Assembly (NCBI GenBank): GCA_044345405.1
Contig: JBIJBE010000011.1
Location: 1-64,000, forward strand
DNA length: 64,000 nucleotides
From: Bdellovibrionota bacterium
GTDB lineage: Bacteria; Bdellovibrionota_C; UBA2361; OMII01
Direction: 5' to 3'
In this document: positions 38,519 to 49,415 of the stretch, in pieces
How positions within the stretch are numbered: position 1 is the first letter of the stretch
How the letters are laid out: the number at the start of each line of letters is the position of its first letter
The notes under the pieces: model-generated
Told to the model about the DNA's origin: nothing
Databases searched by the model: none
What the model saw: the letters and a program-made list of their open reading frames with translations, nothing else
Position numbers and translations under genes: made by a program

Positions 38519-40282
38519 CTACAGAGCAACTCTGTCGCTCGACCGCTCTGCGTTAGCATGCGTTCGCGACGCTCCCCCATGCCTCTGCTTCTTCGGCAGC
38601 ACCATCACAAACCGCGTGTGCGGCGATTTGGTATCGAGTGAGAGGGACCCTCCGTGATCGGTCATAATGTTGCTTGAGATACTGAGACCAAGACCGGTTC
38701 CCTTACCGGGTGGTTTCGTCGTGAAGAAAGGGGCCATGATCTTTCGGGCGATATCTTTCGGAATTCCGGGTCCGGAATCCATCACCGCAATCTCGAAAGA
38801 TGATCCTGTATCCCTAGCCTCCAGGGTTACCCAACGCTCCGCTTGTCCGAGCGCGGCGTCGTAGGCGTTATTGAGGAGGTTTAAGAGTACCTGAGAGATC
38901 TGACTTGGACGACATTCAATCTCCCATGAATCGGGAATCTCGCTCACAGAGAGCCGGATCTCTTTGCTCAGGAGTCGGGCGTGACATAGGTCGAGCGTCT
39001 CAGTTACTAATTTTCTCAGAGGTGCCTGCGTATACTCGTCGTGCGTGGAGTCCCGAGAGAATGCCTTGAGCTCTGATACGATAGTCGCCATCCTCTGAAC
39101 GCAGGTATCCACCTTGTCGAGATGCGCATGAAGAGTCTCCTTGGTGAGTCGGCTATCGTTCGACAGTCGTTGAAGGAGGTGGCTGGTGAGGGTCAACGTG
39201 TGGAGGGGATTGTTGATCTCGTGGGCGACACCCGCCGCGATCTCCCCGAGAGTCGCCATCTTGGAGGCGTTCGCGAGGCCCGCAAGGTGTCGACGAGATT
39301 CCATCTCCGCCCTTTGACGGGCGACGACGGCGCTGAGTTGCAGCGAGAGCAGTTCGAAAAATCGGACGATCGGATCTGAGTCATAATTGGCGTTGATCTT
39401 GAAAAACTCAAGAACGGCGACAACCGTCTCGCCAACAAAGATCGGAACTCCAGCTCCCGTTACCTGTTTGAGGCCGGTCAATGCACCTTGGCGAGGTACA
39501 TGAGGGTCTTGAGTCGCATCCTCTATCCACACGACCGTTCGCTCCTGAAGCACTCTACCGGGAAGGCCCTCGCCCCTCGCGAACCTGCGTGTGGATGTGT
39601 CCTTGTAGAGCGCGGCGTAGCGCCCACATTCGGTCATGCTCCATAGCCCACTCGAGACGAGGGCCGAGGGTGAATCCTCAGCGAGGCGGAGGACGTGGCC
39701 AACGTCCCATCCGAAAGCCTGACACACAGCGTCAAGCGTAGAGCGATACACAGCCTCCTCGTTGTCGCTCTCCTGATGGCTGAGAGCGATCGAGAGCAGG
39801 AGTTTTGTTATTCGGTTCTTCCACTCAAGGGATGCTTTTGCCTCTCGTAGTCGCTTTTGATTGAGCACCTGCCCCTGCATGAAGAGGAGGAAGTCAAAGA
39901 TAGGGTCCGCCATCCGAAAATCAGTAATAGTGAGGTTGAGAGCTGAGATGTCGCTAGGGCTTGATATCGACAGCTCAAGCGCGAAGATGAAACGGCTAGA
40001 GGTTGCATTGCACGGGGCTACTTGGCCCCGCAGCTTAACACACTCATTCAGATGAGAGGAGAGCACGATAAGCTCTCCGACCAGGTTCGTTGGTAGTTCG
40101 AGAGTGGGCTTGTTTGATGGTTGGGTGAGGGTGAAGGTTGTTGAGAAATGCTGACCGGTTGAAGTTTGCGTAAGGATCTTCGCGAGAGAGCGACCGACAG
40201 CCTGAATGACGCCTTGATCATCGGTGATGAAGGAGAAGGGGTGAAGCGCGTCGAATAGGTCTCGTTCGGTGGTGCTGCTCAT
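38519..40282 (-). CDS. Cytoplasmic sensor histidine kinase (HNOBA-like + GAF + HisKA/HATPase)
   Basis: [21 protein letters not shown]; [11 protein letters not shown]; [33 protein letters not shown]. Confidence 0.9.
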   Translation of the reverse strand: MSSTTERDLFDALHPFSFITDDQGVIQAVGRSLAKILTQTSTGQHFSTTFTLTQPSNKPTLELPTNLVGELIVLSSHLNECVKLRGQVAPCNATSSRFIFALELSISSPSDISALNLTITDFRMADPIFDFLLFMQGQVLNQKRLREAKASLEWKNRITKLLLSIALSHQESDNEEAVYRSTLDAVCQAFGWDVGHVLRLAEDSPSALVSSGLWSMTECGRYAALYKDTSTRRFARGEGLPGRVLQERTVVWIEDATQDPHVPRQGALTGLKQVTGAGVPIFVGETVVAVLEFFKINANYDSDPIVRFFELLSLQLSAVVARQRAEMESRRHLAGLANASKMATLGEIAAGVAHEINNPLHTLTLTSHLLQRLSNDSRLTKETLHAHLDKVDTCVQRMATIVSELKAFSRDSTHDEYTQAPLRKLVTETLDLCHARLLSKEIRLSVSEIPDSWEIECRPSQISQVLLNLLNNAYDAALGQAERWVTLEARDTGSSFEIAVMDSGPGIPKDIARKIMAPFFTTKPPGKGTGLGLSISSNIMTDHGGSLSLDTKSPHTRFVMVLPKKQRHGGASRTHANAERSSDRVAL

Positions 40283-40827
40283 GCGGAGATAAACTGGACC
40301 AGAAATTCATCGTGATCAGATCCCGTTCCCCTCGGGGTATGGGTAATAGCGACCGTATCACCATACTTGTCCGCTAATCCCTGAAGAAGACCTGTAACCA
40401 TTGGAGCAAGACCGGTCCGATTGGAATGATAGTGCACCACGATGTGGTCTTCCGCTGGGATCTCTACGATAAAACGAGGAGGGGAGAGCGCTGGCATCAT
40501 CGCGCCCATGTGCGCGTGCATGCGGTTGAGGTTTGAAAGACAGGTTCGGAGATCCCCTCCGAAAAGCCGCATCAGGTCGCCGTAGCCGCTCTCCGCGGTG
40601 TAGGTGATCCAGTAGTGTCCGTATCGAGTGAGCACCTCGTCGGTAGAGAGATTGAGCTTCTCGGAGGTGAGTTGAACGAGCTTCAAGGTGAGGGAGTCGT
40701 CGTAGGGGCATAACGGCTCGAACCCTTCGGGTTCAACTCCCGCCTCCCGACACATCGCTTCCCATGTATCGACTCCCGCCAGTCGAATGACAAGTTGACG
40801 AATCCCTTCGTTGACTAGACCGTACAT
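40279..40827 (-). CDS. H-NOX heme NO-binding protein
   Basis: MYGLVN start, YDD, proximal His in LNRMH, PPRF, YxSxR (YHSNR); RBS GGAGG. Confidence 0.93.
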   Translation of the reverse strand: MYGLVNEGIRQLVIRLAGVDTWEAMCREAGVEPEGFEPLCPYDDSLTLKLVQLTSEKLNLSTDEVLTRYGHYWITYTAESGYGDLMRLFGGDLRTCLSNLNRMHAHMGAMMPALSPPRFIVEIPAEDHIVVHYHSNRTGLAPMVTGLLQGLADKYGDTVAITHTPRGTGSDHDEFLVQFISA

Positions 40828-41083
40828 AGCACCTCCTCGCTAGAGTGTTGGGACCTTTGTGGTATCGACCCTATGGAGAATAGATATGAGCCCAACGGCT
40901 CATAGCGACCCTACATCTGTCGAGCTAAACAATAAATGAAAAAATGGGCTATATTCACTCAGCTTTGAGTGCCCCGTTCGAGCGCGGGGTATGATCGAGC
41001 CCATGCTCTGGATGGCCGAACGACGGCCTCGGAACTACCCGAGAGCACGTTGGGGTCCTTTAATTGACTGGTAATTCGGGGTG

Positions 41084-41770
41084 TTAGGGGGCTACGTGCT
41101 CTGCGGTAGAGATATTCGCAAGCTCAAGGAGCTCCGCGGGACGAGAAAGAAAGATGCGGGCCCCCGCCTCCTCAAGGACAGCCCTCGACCGAAAACCCCA
41201 CAGTACCGCCACGCTCGTCATGCCGGCTCGAACTCCGGTCTGAATGTCGATCTCGGAATCTCCCACGAAGAGGCATCGGGTCGGTTCGACCCCGAGTGAG
41301 GCGGCTATGTCGAGTGCCGCTTGTGGGTCCGGCTTCATCGGAACTCCCGCGCGCTCCCCTCGAATCTCTTGAAACGGAGTAGAGGAGAAGAAATGGGATA
41401 CGCACACCTGTGTGAAGTCGTCCCTCTTGTTCGAAAGTATAGCGAGGGGTACCCCACGCTCTGTAAGCGCTGTGAGCATCTCAGGTATCCCCGGATACGC
41501 GGTGGATGTTTCATTCCATCGGGCCTCATAGTGCACCCTGTAGGCGTTCACGAATGCGTCGATCCGATCCGACGTTCTCTGTACCTCTGGGAGAACCTTG
41601 CGAGCGAGATTCGTGAGGCCATCGCCTACGAGCTCCGTGTAGGTCTCGACCGAATGCACCGGACACCCCCATTCGGTAAGCACCGTGTTGGCGCACGTGG
41701 CGATGTCACCTATCGAATCGAGTAATGTGCCGTCGAGGTCAAAGATAATAGCTTCTATGGTGCTCTTCAT
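41084..41770 (-). CDS. HAD-superfamily hydrolase (phosphoglycolate phosphatase-like)
   Basis: FDLDGTLLDS, LSNK, KPDP, VGDSEID, WGF. Confidence 0.9.
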   Translation of the reverse strand: MKSTIEAIIFDLDGTLLDSIGDIATCANTVLTEWGCPVHSVETYTELVGDGLTNLARKVLPEVQRTSDRIDAFVNAYRVHYEARWNETSTAYPGIPEMLTALTERGVPLAILSNKRDDFTQVCVSHFFSSTPFQEIRGERAGVPMKPDPQAALDIAASLGVEPTRCLFVGDSEIDIQTGVRAGMTSVAVLWGFRSRAVLEEAGARIFLSRPAELLELANISTAEHVAP

Positions 41771-41839
41771 AACGATACCGTCCTATTGTGCGCCGGTATC
41801 ATAGCGGTTAAGCCTGGTCGGCTCAACGTGGCGGAGAAG

Positions 41840-44254
41840 CTATGCGGCGCTCCTTGTATCAAAGGAGCGTTCGCTTAGTATTCGCTCAACGGTCGCTATC
41901 TCGACCGGTTTCGTAAGATGTTCGTCGAATCCGGACTCCCGCGCCCTCTGTTTGGTTTCTTCCGTTCCCCAACCAGTCAGCGCGACGACGAAGGGGGGCG
42001 GCTGTGGGTGTGCTTTTTTGATCGCCTGAGCAACCTCAAATCCACTCATCCCCGGCAGTCCGATGTCGAGGAAGATGATGTCGGGTTTAAACGCGGGAAG
42101 TTTCTCAAGCGCTTCCGGTCCAGTGAACGCGATCTCCGTTGAGTGTCCGAGGAGCTCCGCCAACATCGAGAGGCTTTGCGCGGCATCCACGTTGTCATCG
42201 ACGATAAGAACGCGTTTGGTCGGGCCTTGGGGCGTGTGTTCGGACGGGAGGTGTGACGGGAATGAGGTTGACGTAATGAGGGAGGAGGGAAGGGAGATCG
42301 TGAACGTGCTCCCCCTGCCCGGTCCCTCACTTGCGGCGGTCACCGTTCCTCCGTGAAGCTCCACAAGATTTCGTACCAGTGCTAAGCCTATGCCGAGACC
42401 GCCCTGCGATCGATCGAGGGTGCGATTGATCTGACCAAAGAGTTGGAACACCTGGTTGGTCATCTCCGGCGGAATTCCGAGCCCGTTATCGGTTATTGAG
42501 ATCTCTATTCCGGTGCTCGTTACACGCGCCTTAAGTCCGATCTGTCCGTGGTCAGGGGTATATTTAGCCGCGTTGTTGAGTAAATTGCTGATAGTTTGCG
42601 AGAGGCGTGTCGAGTCGGCATACAGCACTATCTCATGCTCAGGCAACGAGATCTCGAGCGAATGGTGCCCAGCCTCAATAGCGGGACGACTCGCTTCCAG
42701 GGCGGACTCAATAATTGTGTGGAGCGCCACGTTCTCCTTTTTGAGCTGGAGGCGGCCGAGCGTTATGCGAGAGACGTCCAGTAGGTCGTCGATCAGCCGT
42801 ACCATATGAGAGAGTTGTCGCTCCATTATTTCCCGGGCTTGGGCGGCGGTTGGGCTGGCGGGATCTCGCTTCATGATGGCGAGGCCCGTGCGTATCGGAG
42901 CGAGTGGATTTCTAAGCTCGTGCGCGAGTGTCGCTAAAAACTCGTCCTTTCGACGGTCCGCCTCCCGGAGCTGTTCGCGGATAGCGCGTGGCAGGGTGAT
43001 ATTCGCGTGAATACCGATGGCTCTGGTGGGGGCTCCATGCTCGTCTCGCTCAATTATCCGTCCGCGGTCAAGCACCCATATCCACGATCCATTTTTGTGC
43101 TTTAATCGATGTTCGGTTTCATACACAGGAGCCTCACCGTCCATGTGTCGTTGGAGAGCGAGCTGGATAGCCGGCATATCCTCGGGATGTACGAGCCGCT
43201 CCCATGCCCGGACGTGGGGCTCGATCTCGTGAAGCTCGTATCCGAGCATGTGCGCCCACTCCCCACCGAACTGAACCTCGCCGGTCGCGATGTTCCAATC
43301 CCAGAAACCGAGCTCTCCCGCCTCAAGCGCCAACTCAAGGCGACGGCGATCTCGCGCAATCTGCTCTTGAGCGCGGATCCGCTCGCTGCAATCTTGCGCG
43401 GTTCCAATGAGCCGCACCGGTTTGCCGCTCTCGTCGTAAATTACTTCCCCAAGAGACTCGATCCATCGAATCTCTCCTGTGTTGGTGCGAATAGTATAGT
43501 TACTTCGGTAGTAACGCTCTTTTCTTTCAAACGAATCCCTAATTATCGCCTCAACAGCGGACAGTTGCTCCGCGGGCAAGAGGCTCGCCCATGTGCTGTA
43601 TGAGGGTTGAAAGGATTCCGGCGTAACGCCGTGAATAAGGTAGGTTTGAGGGGTCCAAAAAACCTGAGTCGAGTTGATATCCCAGTCAAAAATGCCGAGC
43701 CCACTTGCTTTCATCGCGAGGTCCAGGCGGGTCTCGACCATCTGGAGCCGCTCTTCAAGCACTCGTCGCTCTAAGATAGTAGCCGCGAACTGAACCCAGA
43801 GATCTCCTTGTGTGAGCGCCTCCTCTACCTCTCTTTGATTTTTATCTCCGAGCCGAAAGAGGGCGAAGATGTACCCCCATGCGTGGCTATTGCGAGGGCG
43901 AATACGGTGGATGGTGGCGGATGTGAACTCATGCTCGGGAAATAGCGCGAGCAGCTCCGTTCCCGCCGAATGGGACGCTATGTCGCTTATGCGAGTGTCG
44001 TGGTGAATCTTCTGTACAAACGGATCGAGTTCGCTAAGACGCGCCTCTATCCCTGCACCTCTGCCGGCTCGGTATACGCTCTCGGCCCCACTCTCAGAAT
44101 CGTCCGTTTTGATAATCCATACCGAGGCGTTAGGCAGGCATTCCTCAAGAAGCGAGCCCACACTGAGGATGAGCTTTCGGGTCTCCTCTTTGCAGTTCAG
44201 GAGCTCATAGAGTTGCGACTGCGCGGAGGGGGAGGAGAAACAATCAGATTTCAA
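41840..44254 (-). CDS. Hybrid sensor kinase (2 PAS + HisKA + HATPase + REC)
   Basis: Two PAS domains (GIFDWD, GFWDWN), DEFLATLAHELRNPL, GGLGIGL, VLIVDDN..DIGLP..KP. Confidence 0.92.
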   Translation of the reverse strand: MKSDCFSSPSAQSQLYELLNCKEETRKLILSVGSLLEECLPNASVWIIKTDDSESGAESVYRAGRGAGIEARLSELDPFVQKIHHDTRISDIASHSAGTELLALFPEHEFTSATIHRIRPRNSHAWGYIFALFRLGDKNQREVEEALTQGDLWVQFAATILERRVLEERLQMVETRLDLAMKASGLGIFDWDINSTQVFWTPQTYLIHGVTPESFQPSYSTWASLLPAEQLSAVEAIIRDSFERKERYYRSNYTIRTNTGEIRWIESLGEVIYDESGKPVRLIGTAQDCSERIRAQEQIARDRRRLELALEAGELGFWDWNIATGEVQFGGEWAHMLGYELHEIEPHVRAWERLVHPEDMPAIQLALQRHMDGEAPVYETEHRLKHKNGSWIWVLDRGRIIERDEHGAPTRAIGIHANITLPRAIREQLREADRRKDEFLATLAHELRNPLAPIRTGLAIMKRDPASPTAAQAREIMERQLSHMVRLIDDLLDVSRITLGRLQLKKENVALHTIIESALEASRPAIEAGHHSLEISLPEHEIVLYADSTRLSQTISNLLNNAAKYTPDHGQIGLKARVTSTGIEISITDNGLGIPPEMTNQVFQLFGQINRTLDRSQGGLGIGLALVRNLVELHGGTVTAASEGPGRGSTFTISLPSSLITSTSFPSHLPSEHTPQGPTKRVLIVDDNVDAAQSLSMLAELLGHSTEIAFTGPEALEKLPAFKPDIIFLDIGLPGMSGFEVAQAIKKAHPQPPPFVVALTGWGTEETKQRARESGFDEHLTKPVEIATVERILSERSFDTRSAA

Positions 44255-44684
44255 CGGACACCTGGGTTGAGCTTCATGTTGGGCGCTAGTTGAGGGGTAG
44301 GGCTCCGCGAAAACGGTATCGGTGATTTGTAACCGGGTTCATGGGGTGCCTCACGATGCCTCAAGCCCTGGGGCTTAAGCCAGAGTTTTAGTACTGAGAG
44401 GTTCTGGAGGGTGATGTCGGTCATGTTGAGGCCGCAACATCATCACTCCTCCGTAGCGCATGTACCTGACGGGCAGATGGGTGTGTGTCTCGATCGGCAC
44501 CGCCCCGGTGATGGCACAGGAGTGGGAATGACTGCGCAAGGCGTCGGTGGGCTCGAATGGGGCTCGTTGGCACTGTTGGACCTAGAGGCAAGCTGAGAAT
44601 GGGCCGTCAATTCCTGAAACGACAGCCGTTTGCACGAGCGATACAATTGCACTATCGTTTCAGCTTAAGCCTCTGAGTTCCGTC

Positions 44685-46730
44685 ATGTGCCGGTCCGGAG
44701 CGGAAGCTGTCGTTGATGGATACCAAGGAGTTACCGCCATGTTGTGCCCCCGCAGGGAGATTCAACCGCACGTTGTTACAGGGCTGAAAGTAGGCGCTCT
44801 ATGCTCCATCGTTCTGTGGCTTCTGCTCGTGGCTTTTTCCATAAACTTCTCCTCTCTCGGGATGTGGGACCGGGTTTTGCCCCAGGTGGATAAAGACCAT
44901 CTTGTACTTGGCGAGCCCAGGGCGATACGCAGCGACGAGTGGCTCGCTAATTCGCCGATCATGCTGGCATACGCCGGTCGGGCGAAATCGAGCGTGCAAG
45001 GAACGACGGACTTCGCGGGGCCGCCGGGCGCTGAACTTCTCATGAACCAACCCGCTCCGCACTTCGCGACCCTCTTCCGACCACAATTTTGGGGGTTCTT
45101 TCTATTCGATTGGGATAGAGGTTTTTCGTGTCTTTACGCCACAAAACTAGTCGCGCTTGGATTGGTTTTTTTCTCCATCTCATTGCTACTGTGCGAGAGC
45201 GTTCCGATCGCTCTGTGCGCGACCGTGTGGTTGTGTTTCTCAAGCTTCTTTCAATGGTGGTTCAGCATCTGTCTTCCAGAGATAGTCGCGACCGGCCTTT
45301 TGGCGGCATTGGCGGCGTGGACCGTGCTGTACGCGGGCTCAACCTGGGTCGCACTGATCGCGTCCGTGGTCATGATAGTCTCACTGGTTGATTTCACGAT
45401 GTGTCTCTATCCACCATTTATGGTTCCGATTGCCCACGGCGCGATCGCGATAGGGGTAACGCTCGCGCTTAAGTACGGAGTTGTTCAGGGGCAAGCTTTG
45501 ATGAGGCGCGTGGCTCTCGTGGGCGTGGGAATGGCTGCCTTCGCTGGCATTATGTTTTGTATCTATCGGGATATCGCCCCTGTAGTTGAGATAGTGCAAA
45601 ACACCGCCTATCCGGGTCGCCGTGTGTCGGTTGCTGGTACCGTTCCTGGCTATCGATACCTTAACAATTTGGCGGACCTGTTTTTTACCGATGGTCGATA
45701 CCCAACTTGGCTTGGGAACGTGTGTGAAGCCGCCGGGTTTATCGTGATCTGGCCGCTCATTATTCCTGTGCTCCTCTTCCGGTGGGGGCGGGGGCAGGTG
45801 TCAGGCAGGGTGGCCATGCTTTTTGCGCCGTTGCTTGTTGTCCTGGTAGGTCATCTTGCGTGGATGTCTTGGAGCATACCTCAGTGGGTTGGAAGCGTGA
45901 CTGGACTTTCCTTGGCGGCTGGACAACGGGTGTACGTTGGACAGGGAGTGTTTGGCATCCTTGCTGTTTCGATGGTAACGGCTCTTCTACCGCGGCGGGC
46001 TCTGTCCGCGGGCTCCGGCGTCTGGCTTGGTGTTCTCAGTGTGGCGTTCGCGGTAGTATTGGGATGGTCCATAGAGCGCTCCATCCCTTCGTTTCTCTCG
46101 AATAGTGAGATCACCTTGCTTGCGCTCGCTTTAGGGGTCTCGGTGACCGGGTTTTTATGTTCGGTGCCCGTTATGTTTTGGTGCCCGATCGTTTGGCTCG
46201 TAAGTCCGAACGTGTTCATCAATCCTGTTGCGAGAGGGATTAAGCCAATTACTGAGCGTAAGATCGTCTCGTTCGCGGCCAAGATCGTTCAGAGTGAACC
46301 TAATGCTCGTTGGGTTGTATATGGAGACGGCGCATACGCGAATCTGCTCAAAGTAGGAGGGGCGCGAGTCTTTAACGGTGTCGTGTACGCTCCCCGTTTG
46401 GATGACTATCAAGCGTTTGACTCGCAGGGTGCCTATCGCCACGTGTACAATCGATACGCTCACGTGGGGCTCGAAGCAAACGGTTCGCCGGAAGACCAAG
46501 CGAGCTTTCAGGTGATCCAAGGTGACAGCTTTGTGATGAAGGTACACCCGTGTCATCCCGCTTTTGAACGGGTCGGCGTGAACTATTTCCTATTTACCTA
46601 TGAACCTCCCGCCCAGCAGGTCGCGTGCCTTGAGCCGATCGGACAGGGGCGCACTGGGGCTCCTTTTAAGGTGTTTCGGCGTAAGAGTTACGCGGCGCTG
46701 AACGATGTGGTCGCGAGTGAACCCCGGTAA
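44685..46730 (+). CDS. Polytopic GT-C-like membrane protein (putative glycosyltransferase)
   Basis: PRAIRSDEW acidic loop after TM1, YPP, NTAYPGRR, YNRYAH; about 13 TM helices. Confidence 0.65.
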   Translation: MCRSGAEAVVDGYQGVTAMLCPRREIQPHVVTGLKVGALCSIVLWLLLVAFSINFSSLGMWDRVLPQVDKDHLVLGEPRAIRSDEWLANSPIMLAYAGRAKSSVQGTTDFAGPPGAELLMNQPAPHFATLFRPQFWGFFLFDWDRGFSCLYATKLVALGLVFFSISLLLCESVPIALCATVWLCFSSFFQWWFSICLPEIVATGLLAALAAWTVLYAGSTWVALIASVVMIVSLVDFTMCLYPPFMVPIAHGAIAIGVTLALKYGVVQGQALMRRVALVGVGMAAFAGIMFCIYRDIAPVVEIVQNTAYPGRRVSVAGTVPGYRYLNNLADLFFTDGRYPTWLGNVCEAAGFIVIWPLIIPVLLFRWGRGQVSGRVAMLFAPLLVVLVGHLAWMSWSIPQWVGSVTGLSLAAGQRVYVGQGVFGILAVSMVTALLPRRALSAGSGVWLGVLSVAFAVVLGWSIERSIPSFLSNSEITLLALALGVSVTGFLCSVPVMFWCPIVWLVSPNVFINPVARGIKPITERKIVSFAAKIVQSEPNARWVVYGDGAYANLLKVGGARVFNGVVYAPRLDDYQAFDSQGAYRHVYNRYAHVGLEANGSPEDQASFQVIQGDSFVMKVHPCHPAFERVGVNYFLFTYEPPAQQVACLEPIGQGRTGAPFKVFRRKSYAALNDVVASEPR

Positions 46731-46796
46731 CGCTGCCTCGATGTAGACCGCGCGCTTCAAGGAATGAGCGGTGCCGTCTCGGGTGCTGGTAAGGTG

Positions 46797-47549
46797 CTAG
46801 GTTCTGAGGCCGAGACGCAGGTATACGAAAGGACGTATCATCGACCACCATCCCACGAATGGGCGAATCTTGCTCTTTCTGCCCTTAGCGAGGTGGGTGT
46901 AGGGAATCATCACCGGAACTTCCTTAATTCGTACACCTAGTCTGCAAGCCCAGTAATGGATGTAATATTCAAGCTCGTACCGATTGAGCCACTCCTGATG
47001 AATATTGCACTTTGTGTTTTTAAATAGATCGAGGGAATAGGCCCTAAATCCGCACGTGATATCGCTAAAGCGTTTGCCGAGAAAAGGGTAGGTCGCGAGA
47101 GAAAAGATAGGAATCGCGAATCGTCTGAAAGGGGTAAGCCCAGGACTGCTCCCGCCACGAGCGAAGCGACTGCCCGTTACGTAATCCGCCTCCCCCTCAA
47201 TCAGCGGGGAATAAACCGTCTTAAAATCCTCCGGACGAATTTTTCCATTTGATGAGGATATGAGCACCCAGCTGTAGCCGTTGGCCATCGCGAAATCGAT
47301 TCCGGTGCGAATACCAGCTCCAATTCCCATGTTTCGTTCGTGCCGGATAACACGAAAGCCTTGCTCTTGAGCGTATTCGCATGACCCGTCAGTGGAGCCA
47401 TCATCGACTACCAAGGTATTGTGCTTAGGGAAGTGCTTCTCACAACGCTCGAGCACGCTGCCAATTTCAGCCATTTGGTTGTAGTTGGCTACGATCAGGA
47501 GCCCTCTTTCGATGTCGTACTTTTGTCCGATTTTTTCCATAGGTCCCAA
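46797..47549 (-). CDS. DPM1/GtrB-like GT2 glycosyltransferase
   Basis: YN, VVDDGSTDGS, RNMGIG, GSRF, DITCGFRAY. Confidence 0.87.
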   Translation of the reverse strand: MGPMEKIGQKYDIERGLLIVANYNQMAEIGSVLERCEKHFPKHNTLVVDDGSTDGSCEYAQEQGFRVIRHERNMGIGAGIRTGIDFAMANGYSWVLISSSNGKIRPEDFKTVYSPLIEGEADYVTGSRFARGGSSPGLTPFRRFAIPIFSLATYPFLGKRFSDITCGFRAYSLDLFKNTKCNIHQEWLNRYELEYYIHYWACRLGVRIKEVPVMIPYTHLAKGRKSKIRPFVGWWSMIRPFVYLRLGLRT

Positions 47550-47552
47550 AGG

Positions 47553-48248
47553 CTAACGTCTTCCACTGAGTTCTTTGTACCGAGCGATATCACCTTGCAC
47601 GGCAGCGATATTTGGAAGCTCACTACTCCCTGATTCGACCCACTGCTCAAGTTGCCGTACGGTTCCCTCATCAAAACCATTTCGTGAGAGTCCAACGGAG
47701 TTCAGGCGAAGTCTACGAGGGCCGGTGCCGACGTACACGCAGTACGGAGGAAGATCCTCAAGGACGACGCTTCCCATGCCAACCATGCAGTACGGTCCGA
47801 TAGTGGAGAACTGATGAACACTGACCGAAAATCCGAGATTGCATCCCTTCATCAGAATGGAATGACCGCCGATGGTGCAGCCGTTCGCGATAGTGACCCC
47901 ATCCTCCAGGACGCAATCGTGAGGGAGATAGACGTTACCTAGGATAAAACAACCGGAGCCGATGGCGGTAAGTTCCTTGAACGGGTGATTGATGATGACA
48001 AACTCAAAGAATGTATTGTTCGAGCCGATAGTGATTTTGCCGATTGAGTCGAAGGTAGCGGGATCCATCGTAAAGCCGCGGTGCTCAGGCGGAGAGCCTA
48101 CCGACACATGGGAGATGAACTTGTTATTATCCCCGATTTCAACGTCACCGCTGAAAACACAGTAGGGGCCTATGTAATTACCACTTCCCAGCTTCACGTT
48201 CGGGCCGATGATGGCGGTGGGGTGGATGATGTTCGCCGTGCTGGTCAT
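47553..48248 (-). CDS. LpxA-like left-handed beta-helix acyltransferase
   Basis: IHPTAII, IGPYC, PHDC, GGH, VHQF, DLPPY, LNSVGLSRNGF. Confidence 0.8.
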   Translation of the reverse strand: MTSTANIIHPTAIIGPNVKLGSGNYIGPYCVFSGDVEIGDNNKFISHVSVGSPPEHRGFTMDPATFDSIGKITIGSNNTFFEFVIINHPFKELTAIGSGCFILGNVYLPHDCVLEDGVTIANGCTIGGHSILMKGCNLGFSVSVHQFSTIGPYCMVGMGSVVLEDLPPYCVYVGTGPRRLRLNSVGLSRNGFDEGTVRQLEQWVESGSSELPNIAAVQGDIARYKELSGRR

Positions 48249-48261
48249 GTCCCTATCCCTA

Positions 48262-49398
48262 CTACTTTGAGAGCACCTCGACCAGAGCCTGGAAGGAACG
48301 CTCGCACTCGTCCGCGGTAATGAACGCGAAAAGCGGGAGGTTAAGCACTCGTTTGCATATATCTTGCGATACCTTCAACTCGGAGGCCTTCAAGTCGTTC
48401 GCGCAGCAGATCTGTTGTGAGATGGTCTCTGGATAGGTACGTCCACATCCGATTCCTTTCGCTTGAAGAGCTTCCTTCACCGGATCCGCGGCTCTGTCCC
48501 GAAGTAGGAAGACAGAGAGGTAGCCGTTTCCAACGATGCCTTCACCTGGGAGCTTCATCTCCACCTTGTCGTGGATAGCTGGGGTTGACTCGTAGAGTTC
48601 CTTGTACAGTTGCAACCCAGAGAGGCGGCTGCTCAGAATCTCACTCTCAATCGTAAGGATCTCGCTAATGAAAGCGGCCTGAAGACCTCCCATGCGCGAG
48701 TTCCATCCGACGTGCGAGTACGAGTAGTGGTGGCTCCGACCGTGGTTCCCAAGTTTGCGAGCGAGCGCGACCATGTCGGCGTTGCTTCCAACCACAGCGC
48801 CACCATCCATGCACCCACCTATTACCTTCGCGGGGTAGAAGGAGAGGGTGCCTATCTCAGCTCCAGACAAAATGCCCTGACCGCGCACCTTAACTCCGTA
48901 GCACTGAGCGCCGTCCTCAATCACTCGTATGTTGTTGTCGCGGCAGAAGGAGCGGATCTCCTCAAGGTGGAGCGAGGCGAATCCGTAGAGGTGAGGGAAA
49001 ACGATTGCGCTTAGTCCGAATCGTTCGTGCGCCGCCTGAAGCTCGGAGTATGAGAGTTGAAAGTCTTCTTGGTCTATGTCGATCAGTACAGGTGTCGCGC
49101 CGATGCTCACGATCGCTTCATAGCTCGCCCAGAAGGTGAGGTTTGGAACTCCAACTTTGGCGCCAGCGCTGATTCCAGCGCCCTGAAGCGCCAAGGTGAT
49201 CGCGTCGGTCCCGTTGGCGCAACAGAAGACGTTTTGGACGGCGAGAGATTCTTTGAGTTCTTGTTCTAGCTTGCCGACGCGCGGAGGCGCCACAAACTCA
49301 AGGTTATCCAGAACGGTCTCCCATTCCTTAAGTACCTTGCCACGAATTCGCTCAACAGTTCTTCCTAAATTGATGAAAGGTACTGATTGCTCTGTCAC
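48262..49398 (-). CDS. DegT/DnrJ/EryC1/StrS sugar aminotransferase
   Basis: ANGTDA, HLYG, IEDGAQ, SFYPAKVIG..DGG, NSRM. Confidence 0.92.
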   Translation of the reverse strand: MTEQSVPFINLGRTVERIRGKVLKEWETVLDNLEFVAPPRVGKLEQELKESLAVQNVFCCANGTDAITLALQGAGISAGAKVGVPNLTFWASYEAIVSIGATPVLIDIDQEDFQLSYSELQAAHERFGLSAIVFPHLYGFASLHLEEIRSFCRDNNIRVIEDGAQCYGVKVRGQGILSGAEIGTLSFYPAKVIGGCMDGGAVVGSNADMVALARKLGNHGRSHHYSYSHVGWNSRMGGLQAAFISEILTIESEILSSRLSGLQLYKELYESTPAIHDKVEMKLPGEGIVGNGYLSVFLLRDRAADPVKEALQAKGIGCGRTYPETISQQICCANDLKASELKVSQDICKRVLNLPLFAFITADECERSFQALVEVLSK

Positions 49399-49415
49399 AC
49401 GTATCTCCCTTTATC

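Noticed and set aside
44255-44684. Short ORFs or ncRNA in the 430-bp intergenic region
   Set aside because: No RBS-supported ORF or convincing structure recognised
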